Below are positions 35,974-49,324 of a DNA stretch of 64,000 bases, piece after piece. A program made the translations under genes and the position numbers. This DNA is from Massalongia carnosa (Eukaryota): positions 1,240,001 to 1,304,000 of the forward strand of contig OZ287080.1 in assembly GCA_965645245.1 (NCBI GenBank), read 5' to 3'. Position 1 is the stretch's first letter, and each line of letters begins with the position of its first letter. The notes beneath the pieces were generated by a model, which was not told the DNA's origin, searched no databases, and saw only the letters and a program-made list of their open reading frames with translations.

Positions 35974-37713
35974 CTAGGCGGGACCGGCGGCTGCGAGTTT
36001 GAACCCTCCAGGCACCATGGTCTGAAAGACCTCTTTGGGATCGTATTCCCGCGCGATGCGACGCAGTTTGCGCAGGTTGTCGGAGCCGTAACTACGGAGT
36101 GGGTTCTGCGACTTGTCGGCGTAGTCGAGGTAGATGTACTCGTTGTCGCGTTGGATGCTTTTGGCGTAGTTGTTGATCTCGGTGATAGTGGTGGAGCTGA
36201 TTTCCTGGAACAGCGCATCGTCTTTGGCGTTTGTCCATGAGAGATCGCAGAGGAATACTGTGCAGAAGTCAGCAGCTTGCGACAAGCCAGGGATTATGGA
36301 CTATTGGTGGGGCTCACAGATAAGATTATCTTTGTTACGGTCGAGGCCAAGGATGTTGCCTCCACGCTCGACGCTGTGCTTGGAGAAAATGGTGGGAATG
36401 GGTTGGTACAGGTAGACAATGGTGTAATCCCCGAGAGCGGATTTCTTGGCTAGCGCTATCTTGTTGTTCATGATGTCCATGGCTTTTTGCACAACTCTTT
36501 CATCGTTACCAAAGGTCAGGGTAGAGAACGAGTCTCTAAAGTTAACGTCAGTATCAGAAAAGGAGATGTTATGAAGAACGTACCGGAAACCATAGGCCTG
36601 CTCCAACTCCCCAGTCAGGTCGGTAAGATTGGTGATACGCAAGGTATCCACAATCTTGTCAGGAATCTTCAAATACTCGTCGAATGCAGGGGCGTTTGCA
36701 ATAGGCTTGGTGTACTCGTAGGCATTCACCACCAATGTCTTGTCGGTTTTTGATGAATGTTGCCAAAGGCTGATGATGGATGAATAGGGATCCCTCTCGA
36801 TGTTATTTCCAAAGTTGACAAAGGCCTTGATTTGGAGGGATGCAGTGCTGTAGGGATACGCGGCAGTACCACCCCAAATTTTGCCCTGCTTGAAGGCGGT
36901 GAAATCAAACCGGGTAACAATTCCAAGATTATTGGAGCCGCCCTTGAGCGCTAGAAACAAATCGGGATTTGTCTTGTTGTTTGCGTCCACAATGCGTCCA
37001 TCTCCAAGGACAACCTACTGTGATCAGTCACAAAACTTCGAAGCTGTCGATGAACCTACCTGGTAGTTCACAACATTATCACAAACCAAACCATATCGAG
37101 CCGCGAAGAATGAGTTTCCACCTTAAAAATGAGTCAATGGATAAACGGAGGGATAGAACCAACTTACCCCCGAGCGTCAACCCGGCCACACCGACGCTCC
37201 CAGCGCGACCGCCAGGAACGGACACTCCTAAGGAGTCAAGAGTCTCATAGACGCCTAACCAGCGGCTTCCAGGTCCTATCGAGGCAGTGGATTTTTCCTT
37301 GTTGAAGACAGTCTCGCTCATGAGCGAGAGATCAATCGTGACCCCCTTTTGGATATTGGACGCCCCGCCCCATGGAGTATGGCCCCCACCTCGAATGGCA
37401 AACTGACAAGGGTAGGTTTTGTTGGCGGAAACGAGGGTGGTCACTGCCAGGGAAACGTCTTCTGCGTTCACCGGTCTGACGATACATGCGGGGGACAGCT
37501 GGGCCTGCGTGGCCCAATACGAAGTAACAGACGTTTCATAGCTAGAACTAGAGGGAAACACCACTTTGTTGCCCAGTTTTGACTTGCTCAACGCGGTGCA
37601 CTAGACGTTTCAGCTGAGCGCCATCAACTCATCGCCAAGATGCTTACACAAGGGCATGTTGTTGCTGCTGCGGAGCCGATCAGAACAAGAGCTGTTGCAA
37701 TCAAAAACTTCAT
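35974..37713 (-). CDS. Secreted FAD-linked oxidoreductase (FAD_binding_4 / BBE-like), multi-exon
   Basis: Signal peptide MKFLIATALVLIGSAAA; FAIRGGGH, GVAGLTLGG, LKGGSNNLGIVTRF, C-terminal YLDYA...YGSDNLRKLRRIAREYDPKEVFQTMVPGGFKL. Confidence 0.92.
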
Positions 37714-39244
37714 CGTGACCCGGTTTTAGCAATGACAATGGTACGAATAGATCCAGTTAAAAAAGGTACAAGAGAAATTGGAGATGAGAGCAGTTTCTGG
37801 CTTTAAACCAATGAGTGGAGCATTGGCTGTTCTCCAGCGGGCAGCTTGCCCCAGTTGACTAGGCGCCGTGCCGCATGAACGTATGAATGTAGATGCACGC
37901 CAACAACTAAATTAACGACAAGGGAAAGCTAGGAAGCAAGCATTAAGATCCAGAACCGCCTAGCAGGGAAAAGGGCAGATCTTGGCGCCGGAGGATTATG
38001 AGCCTGGCTTGAAAACTCGCTGCTCTGTACGCCATTTTCAAGTTAGATCATGGATAAATGGATGATTGTCGGACAGTGAAGGACGTCCATGCGGTCTCTG
38101 GTTTGAGAGATGGAGTTCAAGATTCAGACAACTTGAAGAGACTCTTACGCTGTGTAGAGGTGAACACGTAGAATCTTGGGTCCAAAGATGTAGCCCTCAA
38201 AATCCAGATCAATCGCTCGTTCACCCCACTTGAGCCCCACTTAATCAATACATCGACCCAATCAGACGGCTGACAAGGGGTTAAGGGATCGCGTCAAGCC
38301 GGCGTCCGGGGAAGTGGTGACTATTCCTGCGAACTGCGGCCTTGATAAGCCACGCAAGTGTCGCTTAATAACGATTCATGTGGGGCGTGGGGCGGTAGAG
38401 ATACCGGATAGTTAGGGCATATTGGAGTAGTGCATTTAGCCAATCAAGGAGGTTATTCGGGAGTCAGGATCCAGCTTGATAAATGATTTCGACGTTTTAA
38501 GTACTGTGTATGTGCCGTGATGGTCCTTTATTGCTGAGTTGGTGAACGCAACTTAAATCCTGTCTGGCGATTTGTTTGTTACTTAGTCCAGTAGTACATG
38601 CAGAGATCTGCACTGACTATATCTGATATGACTTGCAGGCTGAGAATAGCTCTTATGATTGAACCGAGTAAATGAAGTTATTAATTGTTTTTGGGTAGGA
38701 TAGGATAGATAAGCACGTATCTAACTAACAAGCGAGTCGCTGGATACCATAGTGAACTCGTAATATCAGTAGTTGAACTGAAAATCCCAAAATGTCAAGC
38801 GAGGCCCTCCTCACACCTCCGAGATTAGTTACTCCCATCCATCTCCATGCCGCTCTCTCCAAAGAAAAATAACGAGACCTTAGACAGCACTTTTACCCTC
38901 CAGCCAGCCGTCTCGGCTACCTCCCCTCATCACTTTTACTTTTATTGATACCTAGATGCTTCTAGAAGCTAGACTTTGGACCCCTCCGTACTGGTGGTAT
39001 GTAGAGTAGCTATGTAATCCTACAGGGCGAGCAGCAGTGGGAAGGGCAGAGAAACTAATACCTGCATGCTCGAATGGATGAACGAGAAATTCTTTTCAAT
39101 CTGCAGTAAACCTTTGACTACAACGACTTCGGTTCGAATAACTACAATCGGCTTATAAAGATGTGACTTCAAGGAATCGATTGACCGATTTTACCAGGCA
39201 GTAACAATGATCTCTTTATTTCTCATTTTGATGTAATCGTTATA

Positions 39245-39301
39245 CAGTGCTATAACGATATTGGCTGTGGAAAACCCGAATCGTTATACCAGCGTGCACT
39301 G
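39245..39301. mobile_element. Tiny Tc1/mariner-type MITE relic
   Basis: TA-CAGTGC...TATAACGAT / ATCGTTATA...GCACTG-TA. Confidence 0.45.
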
Positions 39302-40492
39302 TACTTAGCTTAAAAGTTGATAAAACAAGCGAATCCGATAGGATAATTTAGTATGCCAATTAACTGCTATCTTTCGTTTGTACTTCGTACAAGGTACCGT
39401 TATAACTAGTCAAGGTTTACGGAGTACTGAACAGCTGTTTAGAGTACAGGGAGAGAGAGTACCTCTCAACTAAACGATGATCATGACATATTAGACGGTG
39501 CACTAGTCCCGCTATGTACGGTGATCGGTGCACTAAAACGTGTAGGACTCATGCCTCGAGTGATGTGTAGGGGTGATGGAGGGAACACAGCAGCGAAAAG
39601 GCCCCTTGTATCTCCACTCGCCGAGCCGCTATCAAATAACCTGCTCACTTGACCTGGTAGAAGTTCCACTGCACCCCTTCCACAGTGTTTTACTTCACTT
39701 CGCTGTCACTATAAGACCGTTAGTGATCGCGGAGGGTGAGAGAAGGCTGTGAGCACCGGGCCGGGGGGGGTTGTTGGAGAGGGGTGGGGTTTATGCACGT
39801 TTTAGGAGCGCGATTGAGATTGGGGGCAGAGAGGGGAGAGAAAGGAAGAAGGGTCCTCCCATCCAAAAAAGGGGGGGGTTTAAATGAGAAAAAGCCGATC
39901 ATCTAACCCTTATGTATTTCCAGCCCCTGCAGCACAGTCCCACGCGCACAAAGCGAGTGTGGGATTCGCATATGAAAACCTGCTGAACATCCAGTTCACG
40001 TTCCTATTTCTTTTCTTTTCCCTTGTCCCAGGGACCTTGTGAGAGGAGGTAGGCAGAGAATGGTATTGGGAGAGACAGAGAAAACAGGAAGAGCAAAGAA
40101 TACCCTCAAGATTGATTGACTTGTCTTTTATTCCTCATTTGAGAACTCTAAACGGGAAATGAAGAAAGACAAGGCACATGGTTGTAGTATTGAGGCTAGC
40201 AAGTCGATAATGACAGATCTAAGTCGTCTGTAGTAACCTGGGGTATGAAAAACCTCCAGACCACTTCCCAGACTATGAAAGCGTCATCAAGGATTGTGGA
40301 TTTTTTCACTCCATTAATTCTCAACGAAATCAACATACGTAACGTATCGAGCGGCTAATTGTGACCATTCCTCTCCCCAAGTCTACAAATATGTAGGCTG
40401 CGAAACAATAAGAAAGACGTGGTGCAACAGATGGACGGAATCGATAATTGTAGAATAATAACTTTATCTTATATAATTCTCGCTCAGCGCTG

Positions 40493-41519
40493 TCAGTGTT
40501 CATTGGGAAACAGTCTGATATCGGCTTGACATTTGAAAGCGGTGGCTGCTTTACGTTTCCTTGCATCCGGAGCATTCGGATCCTATCAAGTCAGCATCTA
40601 CATCTCCATAAATTAGGCTATCGATTCAAATTTACCTTGAAGTCTACACAGCAAAACATTGTTGCACATCTTTTGCTGGCAGGGTTCCCTGCGTACGGAT
40701 ATCAGTTACTCATCGCTCAAACATCCAATGACGGAGGGTTTTACTATTATAATCGAAAGCTCCCTTCAGGTTTCCAAATCGGTCCATTTTATGAAACGAG
40801 CAGACAGGGTGAGAACCCACGCACCCTGGATTTGTGTAAGCTTGTGAGCCCGGCGGGCCGCACGGATTATGCATCATTCTGCCGCCGCCGCCAGTTTCAA
40901 GGCCTGGTGTTTGGAAGTTGAGGTTTTTTAGTCCATTCCAGACTGGGGCCATGATGCTATTTTGGATTACGCTTTTCGGATCGTTAGGATCCCCGTCCAA
41001 AGCGATGCTTGGGGACGCTTCATTGGGGGCTTGATCGGTAGATCCTCCGGAGTCACTGCTCAGTACGTCCAGGTTGGCTTTTGCAACTTCTTCTCGTTTG
41101 GAGTTGCCGAGGATGGAGGGGTTCAAAATCTGATTATCTTGAATTGCGTTTGCGTTGATTGGAAGGGCATCTGAGACTTGAACGGTGGGGGTCTGGTCAA
41201 TAGATGATCGCATATTACAGACAGGCGTATCTTCTGTCTCGTCTGTATTCGCCGCTAAGAAGTATGTATCCTGTGAATCTGGCTGGATGAAGCCAGTCTC
41301 GGAATCTTCGAATTGCTGTGAATTGGAGACATCTTGTACTGGCTGAGAGGAAGCAACCTTAAAGACTTGATTATCTCCTGAAGAGGAAGCGTCTTGAAAG
41401 GGATCGGACAAAGCTCCCTGAGAGTTCGGACTGTAATCTATAAAGGAGTCGGCTTGTGGAAGAGGCGTAGCTATTATCGCTGGCACGAATAGAATAGGAG
41501 CAATATGAAGGACGCGCAT
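40493..41519 (-). CDS. Orphan secreted protein (~305 aa), acidic low-complexity middle and Cys-rich C-terminal domain
   Basis: Signal peptide MRVLHIAPILFVPAIIA-TPLP; exons 41519-40745, 40688-40636, 40582-40493 splice in frame through canonical GT-AG introns. Confidence 0.72.
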
Positions 41520-44500
41520 GATGAAAGACCTCTTGTGTGGACAAGAACTATGGATTACACAAGAAAATTGAAAGGCAATGCCGGAACGGTAGGACATGGT
41601 GAAACCTTTATATATTGTGTACAAGAGCCGCTTCATAGGTGCGCCATCCGTGACCATATGGAGACGGACATGCACGAAAGCAAGACCCGGACTTTGCATG
41701 GCACACAACGTGGTTGACGGACATGAATTGGTTTTCTTTTTGCATAAGTGAAGGGTACTCATCCTGAAGAAAAGTTCGCAAGCCGTTGAGGAGTGTTTCA
41801 TCCATCTTCGTAGTAGGAGCTATGAATAAGCTAAAACGGGGTATCTGCCATGACCCTGACTAACGCTTCTTAGCTTCCGCCCCATGTTCGTCGATATCTT
41901 TCTCGTACTCAAGTTCATTGTTGGTATTGTTATCATTAAGATATTAGCATACAAGTTATGTGGCTGATCAGCTGCTGAGAGGCCGTGGTGTGACCAGTCG
42001 TACGGTATAGATCCCATCGTTTGCCCGAGTATTCACCCGCGATCGTCTTGTTGTGTTTTTAAGAAGAAACAGCGAGAAGATGAATCCTCCTGCAGTAGTA
42101 TCTCTTAGGTGACAGGTCTGTCCCGAGTATACAGGAAGCTATCCACTTGCAATGGCATCGAAGTCTGCGCTGCCGCAAACATTTAATCCGTTTTACGTTC
42201 ATGGCATCCAAGTCTAGTTAAGGTTTGGCTGCATGGACGGAAGCTTATGTAGCTAGATCTAGCTTCACTTTTTGTTGCTTTCTAGATTCGAGCGATTGCA
42301 ACTAGTTATCGAGTTCAAGACCTCTCTGTCGCTCAATGGTTTATGCATGCTCTCTGGACTGAATGACTTTCGTTATACGAAAAAGAAGCACCTTCATCAA
42401 ACATCACTATACAGAGTACATCGGAACAGAATTGCTGATCATTCTGGACAAAGTTTCCTTTTCACCGAGGAGCCCACATGAAACACGTACCTTCTTACAG
42501 CAAAGCCCTGGACCAAGCAAAATAACTTGCGAACCGCTTCTCTGCGGGAACTTAGTTATAGCATGTTTCAGAAGTACGGCTTCACCAAGATGCGATACCA
42601 TCCCGTGGCCCAGTATGTTGAATCACGAGTCGGCTCGTGCGAGAGATCCCACCTGAATGCAAGGTGGTATTCGTATTTTCTCGATTATTTTCGAGGCCTC
42701 CCCCCCAACTGCTAAGGGAATTAGCGGTCACTACTCGTATTCTTCGCATGGGCTTTGCCGCAATCGCGTCTTTTCAATAAATTCCGTTTCGTTGTTTCCG
42801 AATCTAGCATTTAGGACTCGATCGTTTCATCCAGTTTCACCAGCCCGTATTTAAACACAAGCCTAGTCATGAGTGGTAACTTTTATAGCCTTCTATTTTC
42901 AATAATCAAATCCAATAAAAATAGTCAATTGATATTTATGTCCGTATCATCGCCCAACCAGGAACGCAAGTATGGTACTAAGTATGGTACTAGCTGAAGC
43001 CTCAGTATCGAAGCCCAAGAAAAAAAAAATAAGCTAAAAGGAGTTTGACCTTCACCATTCTGTTTTTTTTTTCTGAAGAAAAAAAGAGAAACAAAATCCA
43101 CAAATAGAAACCCGATCGATACATAAGGTAAATAGCGTAGCTATGAATCTGCTTTCTCGAGCTGGGACTGCGCCAACTTTGGCCGCGGGATTCCGCCGTT
43201 ATGGTTGCCGACAAAAGTTGGTGGCATACATAGGTAAACTCGGGGATAGAATGACTCCCTGCGTACTGGACCGGAGCTGACAGCTACTGACCTATGCGTC
43301 TAATCACTCCACAGGTATCTACCTACTCTGTATATGGAGGTGAACACCGAAAGTCTTGATTCGCGCTAATGATACGCAACTGTGTACGCATACAAGTAGT
43401 ACAATACGTTAATTCTGTTCAGGCTGTTGTAAACTTGGTGTACAATACCTAAATAGAGCCCGTATGATAGGGAGCAACTATGCCCCAGGCAGGGCCCCTG
43501 AGCAGCTATGTAATACACTAAAATTTAGTACGCGTATGAAAATACATGACATTAGTGTTAACCAGGACTTTCGGTGTTTACCTCCGTACCTACTCCCCTC
43601 AACCCTTCCCAAAACGTTCCATAATTATTGTTTCCCGACCCCTCCGGCCCAATCCATACGTGACCTTACATGACCGAGCGGTCGGAAGTTGTCTGGGCGT
43701 GAACACCTACCGACCCACCCAGGGATTCCACAGAGGACTCGGAACTCCGAGCGTGGCTAAATAACCGGTTAGCTAAAACAAATCATGGGATGAGAGTAAA
43801 ATCTTTGCTAGCTAGCAAGTATGCATGCATGCGTGTTTTGAAAAGTCCACTTTCTTCAATAGATTTAGGGAGATATTCCACCAAAACAACAACAACAACA
43901 ACAACTAATATTTACCAGGTAGGGGGGGCGGTGTGTGGGACAGTGAATAGTTACATCAGATAGTAGATCAGGAAAACGCAGGCCGTGAGGGGAATAGTAA
44001 GTAGCAACTCGGCTAAGGGCGAAAGGTACCCTAATGCCGGCGACTGAGCGGAGGAGGCCCGAAGGCAAAATGAAAATGATGGTCCAAATAATTGGACTTC
44101 TCACCATCATCATCATTATTGGTTCAAAGCCTAGGGCCAAAAGGTCATTTTCCCCCACTCCCTGAATCAGCCGCATAGGTAGTAAGTAGATAGGGCATTT
44201 TTCTCTCTCCTTATTTTCTGCTGCCAAAACAAGGCCGTCGTAAAAGGGGAGCTTCTTATCAGAAACCGAGCGCCAGGAGGGCAGTAGCGAAGGGGAAGAG
44301 TTGCCCAATCATGGATAGGAATTTATATATATGTTTAGCTGATATGATGGGGGGCCGCGAATTTTCATGTGAGTTATGTGATCTACGTGATTTTTCTTAA
44401 TTCGGGGAGGGGGCCTTGGTTACGAAAAGGTTATCTCAGATTGCTATTAGAGCTTTAAGGAATGTAAGCTAAGGGGTCATCGAACTATCTGCGGAATCTG

Positions 44501-44662
44501 TAGCCAAGAAAATTGGGAGAATAATATCCAGCGTTGGCACGCAACAATAGTCACCGTGGGGTTCGTTCTTGGTAGCGCATTTCCAATCCGAAACTGACGG
44601 CGATTTTCCCCTCAAGTTGCGCGAGAACCACCGAACCCGAACCCTCTCGCTCGGGGTTTTTC

Positions 44663-45393
44663 TCAAGACCAAGTCACGTGTTCCAGTAGCAGGAGCCCTG
44701 TGGGGATCCCCTCGGTAACTTGCACATCAATCTGATCGATAGCGTATTCGCTCCTCCAACTCGCCCATTCGCCGTTCCCCCATTTCCCGCCGCCGGCCGC
44801 GACCCATTTCCCATTCTTGCGGCCGGTGGTGGTGTACGCGCCGCCGCTGAGCTGGCCGTTGACCACCCAACCAAATGTCCAGTGCACGTTGCTCCATTCG
44901 CGATCGAACTTGACGGTGAATTTGTTGCCCTGGGGATAGGGGCCCCAGGCCTTGTGGCCGCCGTGCTTGGCTTGGATGTTGGGGAAGGCGTCGGGCAGGC
45001 TCCAGAGGCGGGAGGTGTCGTTGTTGGTGATTTGCACGCCCTGTAGGATGAAGTCGTTGTCCCACGCGCCGCTGGCGAGGGAGTCAAACTGTTGAATGGG
45101 GAGAGGAGATGTGGTAAGAATTATGCCTTTCTCAATGAAAGGCAGAGGTGATTTAAACGTACAGGGTAGGTGTTATAAGTAGGGCCCACTGTGGCTTGGC
45201 AGCCAAGTGGCTGTTGGTTCACGTTGCTGCTGTATTGGACTGACCCAGGCTCATAGAGGCCATTGATGTCCTGCAGGTTTACGGGAGATGTGGAAGCGTC
45301 GAATACTTTGACATCGAACTGGCTGGCTGTCGGGCTTGACTGGTCCTGGCCTTGTAGGGAGAGAAAGGCAATGAGTAGGGTCTTCGGAATCAT
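44663..45393 (-). CDS. Orphan, probably secreted Trp/Gly-rich protein (2 exons)
   Basis: MIPKTLLIAFLSLQG N-terminus; intron from ~45162 (GTACGT) to ~45087 (AACAG); exon 2 FDSLASGAWDNDFILQGVQITNND...; strong GC3 bias; C-terminus uncertain. Confidence 0.6.
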
Positions 45394-45952
45394 GGTGGGA
45401 GTGCTGTCGTGGCCGTCTTATGGATAGTATATATTTGGCACTGAGAATTTTGAAGCGACCGACAGTTGATGATGCTCTGAGAGTGAGAGAGGATGATGGC
45501 TTTTATAACCCTCTGAGCCTAACGCCGCTATACCTCCTGATGTCAACACCTGTGGAATAGAAGGGTCCCACACTGCCGCAGATTTAAGCTGCTTGTTCCT
45601 TGTCGTTCGCTCGATTCCAAGGCTTTGGATTGAATTGAGGGAATTGAAGTACCCTAGATGGTATGAATCGAGGGACGATACCACTCTCGGACGCAGTGGA
45701 GCTGCAGACAGCGTGACAGCACCAGACGGTTATACGAGCACTTGCTGATTGAAATTCCATGCATGTAGGTTCCGCACCAATCCAGCAGAGAATTCTGTAT
45801 GATAGAGACGGAAAAGGCTTCCAAAAAATCTCAGCGGCATAAAATCATTGGTGGTTTTCCTACCGGCAAACTTCAAATCGCAATTTAACACACGAATGGC
45901 GTTTGCTATCATACCTTAAGGCCTTGACAGATCATCTCGATTCATTCAAACG

Positions 45953-45993
45953 CATGAAATGGTAACATGAAATGGTAACATGAAATGGTAACA
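45953..45993. repeat. 13-bp tandem repeat CATGAAATGGTAA x3
   Basis: Direct reading. Confidence 0.85.
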
Positions 45994-48900
45994 GTTATTA
46001 TTTGTTGGAGCTTATAGCCTCGAAAAAAAAACAGCCTAAGCTGCATAATCACGCCTTGAGAAGCCTTGGAACGCTTGTCGTTAATGTACGGTTTGATGCT
46101 CGAAGATAGCAAACTGCAGCTTCAGCTCGCCCTGGTGAGTTTCGTCAAAGCTGCACGAATCTCTCCCAACTCAAAGAAGTATGGGTTTTCAAGATCTATT
46201 TTCTCTGGCATGTAGATCAAATGCAGAATAGGGTCTTGTAAAAACTTTGTGTTCCCTTTGTGAATGGCCTCGAAAGGGGTTTCTTTTGAAATAGAAAAAG
46301 AGAAAATCATATTGAGAAAAATAAAACTTCAGCCAAGCGGTTACAGATACTAAGATCCAGGTACGTAAAAAGCCCATGAAAGAAATCTCCACCTGTATAT
46401 CGAGAAATAGGACATGAAGGGTGAGGGGAAAGTGATGGTGGCTGCCGAAAAGCCCGAACAACCCTTGATCGGCTGGGCTGCTCAAAACTTAGAATTTTCT
46501 TTGGAAACGATAGTTGGAGCTAACAGAGAGAGGCTTTGTGGCTGCATCTCAACTGCCTTGCTCACGGTGTACTGCCGAGACTTTCAGCTAGTGCACCAAT
46601 AATGTGCCCCACGAAATCTGTACCTTTGGCTTGAGCTTAGGCTAATCGAAAGCAAGACAGCAAAGCAAAAGATCGATGTCAAATCTTCCCAGAAACACTT
46701 CTCTAATGACCGAACTCATACTTGTGAGTACGGCTCACATGGGCGTATTTCTTGGCCTCCAGAGTGGAAGACCGCTGAACCGGTATTGGTCAACAACGCG
46801 AGTGAGAGTAGAAGGTTTCCTATGTCAATACTTGTGTAACATCATCAGCACGCAACATCTCTTTCAGATGACGCGTGCATGGACTCGACCCATTGCAAAA
46901 CAGGCGCAAACTCTACACGTGGGTTTCGACTGGATAGGACTGGAAAACTTTCGAGGTTACAGTGCAAGCTTCTCGTAGAGTTTCTGCATGCCTATCACAG
47001 CTGGCCAGGTTCTCTGCGTCAAGGCCTAGAAGTCGTTGCATACCAACATATCGAATGGCATGTGAAGCTGTGAATGCGCGAAGGATTAAAATGTCAAAGT
47101 GTCAAAGATCATCAAACTATGATTCACATCGAGTGAGTTTTGAGGTTCTATGAACAGCTCTTCCGTCCCTCTAGCCATCTTTGGTCTGGCCTGAATCTAT
47201 AACTTAACGAGAGTACGGAGTACTGATCAATACCATGAAAAGCCGTTTTGCCGGAACAGCACTTCATCATGCGGAAATTTGAAATGCCTAGCTATATGCG
47301 AATTGGGGGGAGATACAGCTACTCCGTACAATAGCTTGTTATATGAGAAACTGTTCTAGAAATAGCTGCCGAGGCTTCTAGACCTAGTTATGGTAGGGAA
47401 TTAAGGAGTTTAGTCCAACTCCAAAGCACGCAATTTTATGTGCTCATGAGGGTTGGTGAAGAGAGTACAGAGGGTCATAACAAATCTGTCGAACTACAGG
47501 CGCGAATCACGAACGAATCCAGAACGACTGGAGCATCTCTACATTCGTTGCTGAAATTTAGCAAAACCCCCGCCTTGCTTCCGGCCACCAGGCAACTCTA
47601 CGACTTCTAAATTTCTCTGCTTTTACAGCCATTATAAAAGCAATCTTCTGGTCTATTTATAAGGAGTTAAACTGAAGCTCATAGCGAGTCGTTGTCGATA
47701 AATTAACTCTCCGGGGAGTGGATATTATTTCCCCCCGATCATGCCGCAACGACAAAGCATCCATTTCATTCAAGGTACACAGGCGAGTCGTTTTTAGATT
47801 CTGGACAGAAATGCTTTCAAGGTGCGTCACTGCCAGCTGCAGGCGCTGATACCGATAAGGCCTTGTCTCCCAGTTCATTCTTCATGTATTCACTCTAGGA
47901 AATGTATCCGCTTAAAGGTAACTGAAAACAAAATAATCTGCTTTGAATGTAAGGATAGAACTCTCCTCAACATGCAGGCTGACTCGGCGTGTAAACTAGT
48001 CCTGTCCAGTGACTCCGAAGACTGAAAACTCAGTTCGGATTCAGCCAGGACTAGTCTGCAAAAGATCTACCAGCGTCTTCTTGCTCATTACAGTTATCAT
48101 ACTACTAATACTATTATTACTACTACCTTGAAAGGGCAGTCAGTCTTGTCCGGGCTGGAGAAACTCCTTCGAAGAGATTTTCGAAGTTATAAACAGACGG
48201 ATCTTCCTGACGTCGAGACGATTTGTCTGTCAGGAAAGATCTCGTGCACGATCTTGGTGATATACACAAGATGGATAATTTCCCAGGAATCGAATCCGGC
48301 CCAACGGGATCTCGTCATCGATACTCCCTCGATGACGGAAATACTAGGGATACTGAATGAATTCGAGGGGTTTAGAGAAAGTCTCCAAACACTCTTCGAT
48401 ATGGTAAAGCCCGGTTTATCATCGCTAGTATAAATTATCAATTCTATTTCACGACCTTAGCTAATTTCTACCCTTATAAATCCCTAATCACATCTGCCGG
48501 ACTTTAACTAACACTATCCAATCACCCAATCTATCGTTTTCTTACTCCCCTACCTACCCCACTCTCCTATCTCCAACATTATAAAACTATACCCAACTAT
48601 TTCCCCTTCCGCAATCCCTCTCCGTCGTTCTCCAAACCCCTTTCATCCCTTCCTCCCTGCCCATCCTGCTGTATTCCTTCTGCTCCTTTCCGCTCCCGAG
48701 CGGAAAGTCCCATTGGGAGGAAGGGAAGGAAGGAGGTAGATAGGGGAGAAAACGGAAAAGAAGGAAAGGCAGAAGAAGAGGAGTTATCGGGTAAAAGGAA
48801 TCATATTAACGCACACCCTGAGTAGGGCTTTCGCAATACCATTGAAAAACTGGTGGTCATAAGGATTACGTGGTTGCTTAAGTGACTTTTAGAGGGTGAT

Positions 48901-49324
48901 TCCAAGACATTCCTCACTTTTGGAGGGGAAGGGGGAACTTACCTTTAATTTCTCCCCTCTTTCCCTTTTCTTCCTACTGTACTTCCCTGCCCTTTCTTGC
49001 GGGGTAATACCTTGCACGAATAGAAAATGGAATACGTAGACAGGAAGGAGGTGAAGTGATGCGTTGGTTTTTTCGAAATTTGCTAGAGAGGGGGGTATGC
49101 CGTCAGGCCTAGAGTCCTGGATGGAATAAGATGGGGGTTGACGTGAAGCGTTGGGTGTTAACATCTCGAGAAGTCAGGTTCCCGTGCGTTGTTGCAGTGA
49201 AGGAGTATTATATATTATATCTATTGTTTCGAGTCCGCACTAGTCAGTCTATCTTGAGGAGCAGCAACATCCCCCCTCCCCTCCTCTGGCTGCCCCCCGC
49301 CCCCCCCCTCCCCTCCTATCTTCA

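Noticed and set aside
40710..41801. 363-aa ORF taken as is
   Set aside because: Signal peptide begins at internal ATG 41519 and the 3' end is better explained by two introns
46122..48441. Short ORFs and a small hairpin (ACTAGTCCTG...CAGGACTAGT, ~47995-48055) hinting at decayed genes or TE relics
   Set aside because: No recognisable motifs, coherent splice structure or TSD
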